Shown in pieces: positions 48,539 to 57,143 of a DNA stretch of 64,000 nt; positions within the stretch are counted from its first letter, which is position 1; the number at the start of each line of letters is the position of its first letter. The translations under genes were made by a program, and so were the position numbers. Origin of the DNA: an uncultured Gammaproteobacteria bacterium (lineage in GTDB: Bacteria > Patescibacteriota > Microgenomatia > JAMCZE01); NCBI GenBank assembly GCA_964641255.1, contig CAZXMM010000001.1, positions 809,890-873,889 on the forward strand, in the 5' to 3' direction. The notes below the pieces were generated by a model, which did not search any database, was not told the origin of the DNA, and worked only from the letters and a program-made list of their open reading frames with translations.

Positions 48539-49543
48539 TCAGGTCAGAGGCACCACAAAGCCACCTCTTCGAAGAAGGGCTCTCCCGTCAACATCCACGT
48601 CTACTTCTAAGGGAATCACGTCAACATGTGACTCGCAGTCCCATTCCTTTTGCCCAGTCTCTTCAGGATAAGGATGGCCAAAAGCCATATGCACACCCGG
48701 AAATTTCTCGTCTTGCAGCAAATTGCCCGATAACTGTTTTAAACCCAGCAGAGCACCTATGGCAAACTCTCCCATTCTATTGCCGTTGGCGTATTCAGAA
48801 ATATAGTGATTAAATTCTTCAACGAGTTTAGTATTTTTGCTTGCCACGCCGGTAATAAACGAGTCCTTAATAGTAAGGACCAGGGGTTCTTGTAAGACTC
48901 CGTAATCGTCACTAAAATGATCCCCGATCACCCAAGCGACGACCGTGCCATTAGCAGTTTCGGGACAAGTAAAACATTCCCCTTCTGGAAGATTTGACCA
49001 TTCACGAGGTTTAGTAATTGCTCCATCACAGGGTTTCCAATGAAGTTGTGGGGAAAAGGTCACCGTGAGATCAGTGCCGTGCGGATCCTTGACGGTAATT
49101 TGTTTAGCAGTTTTTAGAATGGAAAGGAGTTTGGCAATGCCAGTTTGAATGGCGGTGTAATCCTGACTCATCCCCTCTTCCATCAGTTGGCTATTAATGC
49201 CAATCATGTGGGCATGACGGCACCCCAGGTCGGTAACTAGTAAATCCCGCAGTGGAGCCCGAAACACTGGCAGCTCCCCCGGTTTTCCCGTGGCCGCATA
49301 GACAGACACCGTTGGAGCAAACGCGCGAATCTCATCTGCCATTTTTTCCGGTAGTGCCTTAGCGGGTCGGTCAGTGAAGTCTTCAATAGTCACTAGTTTC
49401 GTCTTAGCAATCTTCTTTGCTCCAGCAGCAATCGCCTGGCCAATATCCAGTCGGTCTCTCTCAGTTACAACAATCACCCGATCACCAGCTTTAACCTGCA
49501 GGCAATTATTAATAATATTATTAACAGCTTTTTGATAGTTCAT
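48539..49543 (-). CDS. Aminopeptidase (M29/thermophilic metalloprotease-like)
   Basis: GTDL, NLP.GE, GEFAIG, DEK..GVHMAFG, H.D. Confidence 0.88.
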   Translation of the reverse strand: MNYQKAVNNIINNCLQVKAGDRVIVVTERDRLDIGQAIAAGAKKIAKTKLVTIEDFTDRPAKALPEKMADEIRAFAPTVSVYAATGKPGELPVFRAPLRDLLVTDLGCRHAHMIGINSQLMEEGMSQDYTAIQTGIAKLLSILKTAKQITVKDPHGTDLTVTFSPQLHWKPCDGAITKPREWSNLPEGECFTCPETANGTVVAWVIGDHFSDDYGVLQEPLVLTIKDSFITGVASKNTKLVEEFNHYISEYANGNRMGEFAIGALLGLKQLSGNLLQDEKFPGVHMAFGHPYPEETGQKEWDCESHVDVIPLEVDVDVDGRALLRRGGFVVPLT

Positions 49544-49563
49544 AGAATGATATTATCACAATC

Positions 49564-50463
49564 TTATTTACGCCCTTTTATTCGGTCAGGAGTTTGTTGA
49601 ATATAAGCCAATCCAAGCGGTGGCATAGTAGCACGAGCAATAATAGGTGCGGTGCACACGAGTCTAATATTTGCCCCCGAACAAGCTTCGGTCCAAGCTA
49701 GCCGGCTCTCCGCAATCTCAAGGGCTGCTCCCTGCAAATCATACTGTGGTCCATACATCCTTTTTCTCACGTTATAAACTTCTCGAACTGTTCGACTTTC
49801 GTTTTGTTGAATCTGTGTAGCCATTTGCCTTACCCGCTCCATTAGCCCAGGTGGATTGGTCACATCAATTTTAGCTCGAAAATATTCTGTTACATTGAGC
49901 TCTGAAAAATCTTTCTGTGCCGCTTCTGCAGATAAAGCGATTCTTTCCTGGGCTTCTTCCTGAGAAATATCAGGCAATAAACCCCAGTGCTCTGGATTCC
50001 AGGCAACAATATGGCCGTGAAGAGAAACTCGTCGCTGAAATTTTTTTGCCAATTCTCGCAGTCTTAGAGCATAGTCTTTAATTACAAGTGCAGTGCTAGG
50101 AGTTCCGCTCCACAAATCTTTCAATGTGGGACGTAACTCTCTGGTGCCGTTTTTTCCATTAATTACTTCGTATGAATAAGGCGGACAAGCGATGGCATGA
50201 ATTTCTAGCTCATCCTTAGGAACACTTAACTCTTGAGCCAGTAATTCAAACTCAGGGGCATTATGAGTAATTAAACCTTGGCTATCTCCAGCCGCCACAT
50301 CAGTTAGTACCTCCCTCCCGAATTCAAATTGCCCTTTATTCTCTTCGGACAAGACATGGGCCAGAACCAATATTCCTTCAACACAGGCGCTAACTACTTG
50401 TGGTCCTTTGCGAGTGATCTCTTTCACCTCTACTTCTAATTCTTCTTGGTCAATATCAATCAT
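49564..50463 (-). CDS. Hypothetical protein (CPxY motif) downstream of a Phe-type attenuator
   Basis: 299-aa ATG ORF; ACPPYSY motif; family not recognised. Confidence 0.7.
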   Translation of the reverse strand: MIDIDQEELEVEVKEITRKGPQVVSACVEGILVLAHVLSEENKGQFEFGREVLTDVAAGDSQGLITHNAPEFELLAQELSVPKDELEIHAIACPPYSYEVINGKNGTRELRPTLKDLWSGTPSTALVIKDYALRLRELAKKFQRRVSLHGHIVAWNPEHWGLLPDISQEEAQERIALSAEAAQKDFSELNVTEYFRAKIDVTNPPGLMERVRQMATQIQQNESRTVREVYNVRKRMYGPQYDLQGAALEIAESRLAWTEACSGANIRLVCTAPIIARATMPPLGLAYIQQTPDRIKGRK

Positions 50464-50472
50464 ATTTGCAAT

Positions 50473-50602
50473 AAAAAAACCTCCTATTTGTTCGGAGGTA
50501 AGGCTTAAATATTTTTTTAAATAACTACATCAACCTTTCCCCTCGATGTGTGGGGGTAAAGTAAAAGCTAAAAAAATTATTCCGTGGTGCTTTGATCGTC
50601 AT
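50473..50602 (-). promoter_or_regulatory. Phe(/Tyr) leader-peptide attenuator (uORF MTIKAPRNNFFSFYFTPTHRGERLM 50602-50525; terminator 50499-50473)
   Basis: FFSFYF codon cluster; pairings CUUU-A-CCCC/GGGGAAAG, GAGG..AAGGU/GCCUU.CCUC, and ACCUCC/GGAGGU plus U tract. Confidence 0.85.
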
Positions 50603-50627
50603 TGGTCTCTAATTAAGCACAATTTAA

Positions 50628-51377
50628 CTATATGTCAAATTTCATATTAGAAAAAGGCTTATTAATAAGAGCTACATGGAGTGAACTGCTGGTAATTTTA
50701 GATTTATTTTTCTTTTTCAATTTATCAAATAAAATGTCAAAGAAAACTTCGCATTCTTGCGTCGCTTGTTCATATTTCTCACTATCAGCTCTTTTATCAT
50801 GTAGTATCTCTCCTAAATCAATTTCATTAAACCTTGCACCAGCAAAGTATGCATTAAGGACTATTCCCAAATTTGCATATCGCTCTTCCATTAACTCTGG
50901 AAAGGTGAATTTTTTCTTTATTCCTACAAGTCCTGATAAGGGTTGGGTATATTGAGCTAACTTGGGAAGAAAGTATCTTAGCAATGGCCGCGCCAAATAT
51001 TCAGTTACGCGTCCCTTTCCAAGAAAGCTCCCAAAAACATAATCAGACTCATTTCGAAGCAAAGGAGCAGCCAACTTGTCAAAGTGACTAACGTTTACTG
51101 TTTTTATATCGCAATCATAATAAATAAGATTATCTGTTGAAGAAAGCTCTGTTCCTTTTCTCCGAGCAGCGCAATAACCTTGATTAATTTTGTGACGAAA
51201 CAGTTTAATTCGCTGATCTTTCCTTTGATAACTTATAACAATATCTGCTGTATGATCCACAGAACCATCATCAATGACAATTATTTCAGTTGCCTGGCTT
51301 TTTTGCGCCTCTTGCAAGACTTTTCGAATTCCGTCCTCCTCATTATGCGCTGGTAGAATGATTGAGTAGTTAGCCAT
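50628..51377 (-). CDS. GT-A glycosyltransferase, glucosyl-3-phosphoglycerate synthase (GpgS)-like
   Basis: LPAHNEE, DDGS.D, DCD, GRVTEYLARPLL, QPLSG; start MANYS at 51377. Confidence 0.8.
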   Translation of the reverse strand: MANYSIILPAHNEEDGIRKVLQEAQKSQATEIIVIDDGSVDHTADIVISYQRKDQRIKLFRHKINQGYCAARRKGTELSSTDNLIYYDCDIKTVNVSHFDKLAAPLLRNESDYVFGSFLGKGRVTEYLARPLLRYFLPKLAQYTQPLSGLVGIKKKFTFPELMEERYANLGIVLNAYFAGARFNEIDLGEILHDKRADSEKYEQATQECEVFFDILFDKLKKKNKSKITSSSLHVALINKPFSNMKFDI

Positions 51378-52047
51378 AAAAAAATGTTGTTCGTTTATAA
51401 CCTTCAGCATATGTTCCCTTTTTATACATAACGCCTCGATAATGGTTGATCCCTTCAAATGCCGAAGCAAGATCTTTTCTTTTTTGCTGGGAGTCATAGG
51501 TAAGAAAGATGTTTGTTTTTTCCTCCATTTCCTCAGTAATATCTTCAAAATAGTTTGGTTCAACCAAAGGTCTATCTCCTTCAGATTCCCATAACTCTTG
51601 AACCTTGTGAGGTCTTCCACATTTTGGGAAGGCTGAGCGACCAGCATGCCAGACAGCTCTCTTAACAATCCGTCCAATCATTTGGTGTTCTGAATGATAG
51701 TCTTGCTCTTGCAAGATTAAAACTATATCTGGTTTGAATTTGCGAATTTCCGAAACACAGGGCAAGACGGTTTTGTATGACAGTTCAGGGTAATGTGGAA
51801 AGTCCAAGTACGACCATTGTGCCTTCATTTTTTGAGCTACTTGTTTATATTCCTTAAGCCGCATTTCTTTTTCTTTTTTACCTGTATGTTCAAATCGCGG
51901 TTCCGTGGGGTCAACACAAAGAACCAATTTTACTGCTCCTTTGTTTTTAAGAATCTTTAACATAAAACCGCCCGCTCCAGCAATTTCATCGTCTGGATGT
52001 GCAGAAAAAAACATAACCCTCAAAGGATGGCTGAAAGAATTCATCAT
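51370..52047 (-). CDS. PIG-L family N-deacetylase (BshB/MshB-like)
   Basis: AHPDDE, R..E, DYHSEH, YDSQ, AE.Y. Confidence 0.88.
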   Translation of the reverse strand: MMNSFSHPLRVMFFSAHPDDEIAGAGGFMLKILKNKGAVKLVLCVDPTEPRFEHTGKKEKEMRLKEYKQVAQKMKAQWSYLDFPHYPELSYKTVLPCVSEIRKFKPDIVLILQEQDYHSEHQMIGRIVKRAVWHAGRSAFPKCGRPHKVQELWESEGDRPLVEPNYFEDITEEMEEKTNIFLTYDSQQKRKDLASAFEGINHYRGVMYKKGTYAEGYKRTTFFYG

Positions 52048-52048
52048 A

Positions 52049-53095
52049 TTAATATATTTGATAATTAACTGTGGGATTCAAATTTCCACCGTGAACAAGA
52101 TATGATAGTGTTGTCACTTTACGTTGCCAATATCGAACTATTTCTGGAATATTTTCTTCTAAGACATATTGCTCTATTTGTCGACGAGAACCAGGGATTG
52201 ACCTTTTATTCCTTGGACCTGCACCATTCAAATAGGCATTAAGGACTCCATCCATTAACAATTGGGCTTGATCCCAAGCAAAGTTGACACTTAGTATTTT
52301 TATTGGTAACCCGGAACAAAATCTGCTTCTCAGGTTAAGGGTTTCTCCAAGGTAGGGTAAGGCAGTACAGCCTATGGTATAGCCAAGCGCTGAAAGTTCG
52401 AGAGGTAAAATTTCTCCTTTAGGTATAACTGTTCCTCCTTTTTGGCCATTGTATTGGAATCGTTGCCCATCTCTATCAATAAACCAATAATAGGACGAGG
52501 GGATTCGGTCCGTAAGCTTTGCACCATCACCAGCGAAAAGCTCGGTCATAGTAGTAAAGTTTTGTGGCATTCCAAAAGCTTCTGGAGTAATCCACATTTG
52601 ATCTAAACTGGCCGACCTTTCGATAGTTCTTCTTAATTCATCAACAAATCTATGATCGCTGTTTCCATTCCATTCTTGTAAGCTCTTCGACCAATCGAGC
52701 TCTGTTGTTAGGATTCTCTGCATTAAACCTACAACTGCTCTATCTTTGTTTACCCCCTTGATCGTTTGACTATTGTCTGGTCCAGACAAATAAAGAAGTC
52801 CATCTACAGCGCCCAGGGCATTAGTTATATTACTAGCCGATTTATTGGGACTACTCGGGGTGCAAGGCACCTTGCCTGCTAAACTCCAGTAAGACTGCCA
52901 GCCTTCTTTGACATCTACAGTCCGACGAGATTGATTTGCCCAAGGTCGATCGGCATCTTGCCAATAATATGTGACATCGTTACCTAGTTGGGCTAAAGTT
53001 TTATAGCGTAAAAAACCAGCATCTAAAGGCGCTTGATCGCCACAGAAAACTTTGCCTATCTGATTTGTATTTTCAACTCCGATTTTGCCAGCCAT
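52049..53095 (-). CDS. Hypothetical protein, putatively BshC-like (HUP/Rossmann ligase fold)
   Basis: CGDQ...YK.LA...YWQD.D, YTIG....Y and terminal WQR....YL..GG resemble ordered BshC motifs (by eye only). Confidence 0.5.
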   Translation of the reverse strand: MAGKIGVENTNQIGKVFCGDQAPLDAGFLRYKTLAQLGNDVTYYWQDADRPWANQSRRTVDVKEGWQSYWSLAGKVPCTPSSPNKSASNITNALGAVDGLLYLSGPDNSQTIKGVNKDRAVVGLMQRILTTELDWSKSLQEWNGNSDHRFVDELRRTIERSASLDQMWITPEAFGMPQNFTTMTELFAGDGAKLTDRIPSSYYWFIDRDGQRFQYNGQKGGTVIPKGEILPLELSALGYTIGCTALPYLGETLNLRSRFCSGLPIKILSVNFAWDQAQLLMDGVLNAYLNGAGPRNKRSIPGSRRQIEQYVLEENIPEIVRYWQRKVTTLSYLVHGGNLNPTVNYQIY

Positions 53096-53219
53096 AAAAA
53101 ATCCCTCCTTGTTAAGGGAGGGTTCTAATTATTTTATTTAATGTTTCAGTTACCTTTAACCCTCCCCGCTATGATGCGGCAATAAGGAGGATGAAAAAGA
53201 TAATTGATTTGTTTGTCAT
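53096..53219 (-). promoter_or_regulatory. Ile/Leu/Phe leader-peptide attenuator (uORF MTNKSIIFFILLIAAS 53219-53169; terminator 53124-53096)
   Basis: IIFFILLI cluster; 1:2 CCUCC..CCGC/GCGGGGAGG; 2:3 GGGAGGGUU/AACCCUCCC (9 bp perfect); 3:4 CCCUCC/GGAGGG then A-U6 directly before the ATG. Confidence 0.85.
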
Positions 53220-53289
53220 GATTTAAAAAACCGCGCCCTCACGAGCTCAGTTGATTGAATAATACATCAAATTTTGAGAAAATTCAAGA

Positions 53290-54465
53290 ATGAACCAGAT
53301 GTTGATCAAAAAGACATTACAGCAGCTTAAGATTGATGCTTATGTCATCTATGACTTTCGCGGCTCAAATTTTCTTGGCCGTGAGATTATCGATTTTCGA
53401 CAATTTACTACTCGACGATTCTTTTCCATTCTGACTCAAGATGGACCGCATCATTTGATTCCAAAAATTGAGGCCCATAACTTTGATAAACTTGAGGGCA
53501 TAAAACATGTCTTCGGAGGATATGCAGAGCTGCATGTCATTTTAAAAGAACTTCTCCCCAAATTTCGAACGATTGCGGTCGATACCAGTAGTAATAATGA
53601 TCTGCCGATTGTTGATTTGATGCCAGCTGGAGTTCTGACACTTTTTAAAAAGACTGCACCCAAAACCAGGTTTGTCAGTTCCGAAGAACTTACAGCTCGC
53701 ATCGCTGCTCTGTGGGGAGAAGCTGGATACAAAAGTCATAAAGCGGCAGCACAAAAACTGCAACCGATTTTTGATAGCGTCTTTGAACAAATTAAAAAGT
53801 CGCTGAAAGATGGGAAAACACTTTCGGACTATGATGTTATGCAGGAAGTAGTGAAAAGACAACATGAAGCCAACTTGCACAATGATGGTGAAAACTTGTG
53901 CATCATAGCGACAAATCAAAGATCAGCCAACCCTCACTACTGGCCCAAGCTAGAAGAAAACTATCCGATTCTTCCTAACAGTGCTCTACTCGTTGACATC
54001 TGGGCCAGAACAAAGGATACCAATAGCGTCTATGCTGATTTCACCATGTACGCCTGGATTGGACCTGATCCGGTTCCAAAAAAAATAGCGTCAGCCTGGC
54101 AGGCATTAATCGATGCACAAAACTTGGCGCTTGAACTATTGAACCAGAAGGTAAAATCTGGCCTTCAAGGTTTTGAACTAGACAAAATTATTCGCACCCA
54201 CCTTCTTAAACATGGCTATGAGAAAAATATTCTTCACCGCTCGGGGCACTCTCTGGGAACAAGAGAACATGGCAATGGAGCCAATCTTGATGATTTTGAA
54301 ACCCATGACACTAGACCCATTCTTCCCAATACTGGATTTACTATGGAGCCAGGAATCTTCTTTGAAAACGAATATGGAGTCAGAGGGGAAATTGATATTT
54401 ATATTCATCCCGACTACAAAGTTGAGATCACTACTCCAAAACAAAACGCTATCATTCTTCTCTAG
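53290..54465 (+). CDS. M24-family (Xaa-Pro-like) metallopeptidase
   Basis: ANPHY, VDIW, YADFT, HRSGHS.G, EPG, R.E. Confidence 0.9.
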   Translation: MNQMLIKKTLQQLKIDAYVIYDFRGSNFLGREIIDFRQFTTRRFFSILTQDGPHHLIPKIEAHNFDKLEGIKHVFGGYAELHVILKELLPKFRTIAVDTSSNNDLPIVDLMPAGVLTLFKKTAPKTRFVSSEELTARIAALWGEAGYKSHKAAAQKLQPIFDSVFEQIKKSLKDGKTLSDYDVMQEVVKRQHEANLHNDGENLCIIATNQRSANPHYWPKLEENYPILPNSALLVDIWARTKDTNSVYADFTMYAWIGPDPVPKKIASAWQALIDAQNLALELLNQKVKSGLQGFELDKIIRTHLLKHGYEKNILHRSGHSLGTREHGNGANLDDFETHDTRPILPNTGFTMEPGIFFENEYGVRGEIDIYIHPDYKVEITTPKQNAIILL

Positions 54466-55321
54466 CTTCCCATCTCTGAAAGAATGGGTGAAATATTCTC
54501 CAGCCATTAGGATCTTGTAGCTGGGACTCAATGTAGTCTCTTGATATTTCTCCGCGAGCGCTTGGCATGAGCGCCTTATTATCTCTATCATCCTGATACC
54601 ATGTGCCTATATCTTTATCGAAAAAACTAAAACTAAGCACCTTAGCATACGTGGGAAGCTTATATTCCAAAAACCCTGTTTCCAAATTTGGAAGCCTACC
54701 ATATGCCTCAAAAAAAGCTCGCGAGAGCACTTGTAATAAAAAAATTGATTGCAGAAGTTGCTCTAAGTAATTGTAATTAGTACGAATTAATTCTTTAAAC
54801 CGAAGATATTCTTTTTGGTTACTTTCAAGCCATTGTTTTACTTCTGATTCGCTAACCGAATGAGAAATATATTGGTAAAAGTTTTTATCCTTCTCTTCAA
54901 AGTATTCCTGTCCTTTTGTCCATACCCATCTTTTTTCATACCAAGAAGATAAAGGGCGCACTCCTGATAAAAAAATCTGGTCTGTAGAAATATCATTAAA
55001 AATCTCTTTAACTGGAGCAAAAAACAACGTATCCCATTGAACTATTGCGAGACTATCCCAATCTAGATTCTTGCCTCGACTGTTATACCAATCGACAAGA
55101 AGAAGGTCGCCATTTCTCCACTTCCAGTAACTATCTTGAAAGACCGTGGAACTAAAAAAATCATCGAGTTTAAGATTATTCTCAAAGCTATTTTTTGCAG
55201 CTTCTTCACCTCCATACAAACCATAGATGGGAGTGTTTGGATTGATCTTTCGAAGTAACTCAAGTCTATTTTGGCAAACTTCAAGGTCTTTATAAAACCA
55301 AAAAAGGATTGCTAGCTTCAT
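54452..55321 (-). CDS. Hypothetical protein (possible GT-A-like fold)
   Basis: ILFWFYK, GLYGG, W.NGD, QWD, FHP. Confidence 0.6.
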   Translation of the reverse strand: MKLAILFWFYKDLEVCQNRLELLRKINPNTPIYGLYGGEEAAKNSFENNLKLDDFFSSTVFQDSYWKWRNGDLLLVDWYNSRGKNLDWDSLAIVQWDTLFFAPVKEIFNDISTDQIFLSGVRPLSSWYEKRWVWTKGQEYFEEKDKNFYQYISHSVSESEVKQWLESNQKEYLRFKELIRTNYNYLEQLLQSIFLLQVLSRAFFEAYGRLPNLETGFLEYKLPTYAKVLSFSFFDKDIGTWYQDDRDNKALMPSARGEISRDYIESQLQDPNGWRIFHPFFQRWEAREE

Positions 55322-56407
55322 TTATTGAACAACGAAAAGCAAATCCCCTACTCGCTGCTCTGAGAAAATAGTATCTATTTTAATTTCTCTAGTGAGCTTC
55401 AGTCCGCTTTTTTTAAAATTGGTAAAGATTTCTTGATAATCTGCTTTTAACTCAATTTCCCCACTTACCGGATCCCGTCCCAAGACTGACAAATCTCTAA
55501 GTTGCTTAAGATTCAATTCTTGCTGTGGCGAAAACCCAGTTTCCTGTTTTTTCAAGTATGTGATTCGGCTCTCATAAAAAATTCTACAAGCGTTAGCATA
55601 TTCTTGCTGAGTAGAAAATTTAGGAATCACTTTTTCATAAATAATAATCAGACCCTTTGGTGTGAGCAAGTTTTTTAATTTTCTTAAGAGCCTCACCCGC
55701 TTATCTCTTGGAAAGTGGTGGTATACAGAAGTAAGAGTGATAATTTCAAATTTACTTTTGGGATTAAAAGAAAAAATATCTTTTATGATTAAATCCCAAT
55801 CAGGTCGGGAACTAAGTTTTGGCTTTGCCTGGGCAATAAAGCTTTTGTTATAGTCAAGGCCAACATACTTTATATTTTTGGATTCTAACAGCTTTTCTCC
55901 CAGAATGGCTGTCCCACAACCTACATCTAAAATCCGAATTTCGTTTGAGTTGGCAGCCTTAATAATCTCTTTTGCTACCCAGCTATATTCTTCAATCTTA
56001 GTCTTTGAAGTCATGGCATCATAAAGACTTCCTGCCTTAGCGTTCTTGACATCATAGAGAGCGGAAACATCCAGGTTATGCAATATTTCCGTCTTTGCAC
56101 TAACGCCATCATGAACAAATACAGCTACTTTGGCTTTACCTGTAATGGCGTAATAATCACCATCCTCGATTAAGCGGTTGTCACCGGCTTTCAGGTCATA
56201 AACTACACCATTAATAGTTAGCGTGATTCTTCCTGTTACCACAACAATGTATTCATTTCTATTAACGTTATGGGCAATTTTCCCAATTTGGGGATAGGGA
56301 CCATTTAGTTCAGCAATAGCCATGGAATAGTTTCCTAAAAAGGGGGTGTGGACTGCAACTGTAGTGTTCTTTTCCAACTGATAAGTTTTTGGTGTTCCTA
56401 TTTTCAT
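55322..56407 (-). CDS. Cupin domain fused to a class I SAM methyltransferase
   Basis: E...V..G.I.L...G....L..GD cupin; LDVGCGT, GLD, YHH, L.P.G. Confidence 0.75.
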   Translation of the reverse strand: MKIGTPKTYQLEKNTTVAVHTPFLGNYSMAIAELNGPYPQIGKIAHNVNRNEYIVVVTGRITLTINGVVYDLKAGDNRLIEDGDYYAITGKAKVAVFVHDGVSAKTEILHNLDVSALYDVKNAKAGSLYDAMTSKTKIEEYSWVAKEIIKAANSNEIRILDVGCGTAILGEKLLESKNIKYVGLDYNKSFIAQAKPKLSSRPDWDLIIKDIFSFNPKSKFEIITLTSVYHHFPRDKRVRLLRKLKNLLTPKGLIIIYEKVIPKFSTQQEYANACRIFYESRITYLKKQETGFSPQQELNLKQLRDLSVLGRDPVSGEIELKADYQEIFTNFKKSGLKLTREIKIDTIFSEQRVGDLLFVVQ

Positions 56408-56552
56408 GTAATCATTATAGCCATTTTTCTCAACCAAACAATTGTATGTATGTATAAGTTTTTGCTATGTCACTTACGGTAGCGTGGCATCGCTACACTA
56501 AAGTAAAGTGCAAGGTGTAGTAGCTATTAAAGTGATTTGAAGCAGATTTGTA

Positions 56553-57143
56553 TTAGCTATAATCGGCACTCGGTGAAACTGTATTAACAAATAGCTCTAA
56601 CTCTTTACTGGTTAGCTGCCGGTGACTTTTTAGATAATCCATTGCACTAGCTAGTTCCTTTTCCCAACCAACCTGTTTAGCCATTACCGAATAATACAAC
56701 TGGTACTCCTCAAAGGGTTTATCAGCTAGAAGCTTTATGTCCCAATAGCAAATGTAGGTTAAAATATTGTCGATGCGATCGGCAACTTTTATTTGCATTG
56801 CTCCCTTATCGCCTGAATTAATTATAGGCATAAAATAGGTCTCTGGTTGCCAATCTGTGGGCTTAGTCACTAGCCTTACTAGGCTAACTACGCGACTGGT
56901 AAACTTGCTACTTAGGTAGTTGGTATCTACGTGGTAATCTTCTACAACATCATGCAGTATTGCCGCAATTAGTACTTCGTAATCTACTACTTCATGACTG
57001 ACCAGAAAATTATGGACGTTCATGTGATGGGTCCAATAGGGCTGACCAATGACCGGTGAGGAATAGCGAATCTGATCACCAGAAAGAGTCTTGACCAGAT
57101 CAAAAGCAGATTTGCGGTAGCGAATATACTGATTAAAGCTCAT
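56553..57143 (-). CDS. HD-domain protein, small alarmone hydrolase (Mesh1/SAH)-like
   Basis: Q.R...PY..H, AAILHDVVED, VTK, IKVADRIDN. Confidence 0.8.
   Translation of the reverse strand: MSFNQYIRYRKSAFDLVKTLSGDQIRYSSPVIGQPYWTHHMNVHNFLVSHEVVDYEVLIAAILHDVVEDYHVDTNYLSSKFTSRVVSLVRLVTKPTDWQPETYFMPIINSGDKGAMQIKVADRIDNILTYICYWDIKLLADKPFEEYQLYYSVMAKQVGWEKELASAMDYLKSHRQLTSKELELFVNTVSPSADYS

Noticed and set aside
51378-51677. 100-aa N-terminal extension of the glycosyltransferase in the ORF track
   Set aside because: It overlaps the deacetylase in another frame; the GT domain starts at MANYS (51377).
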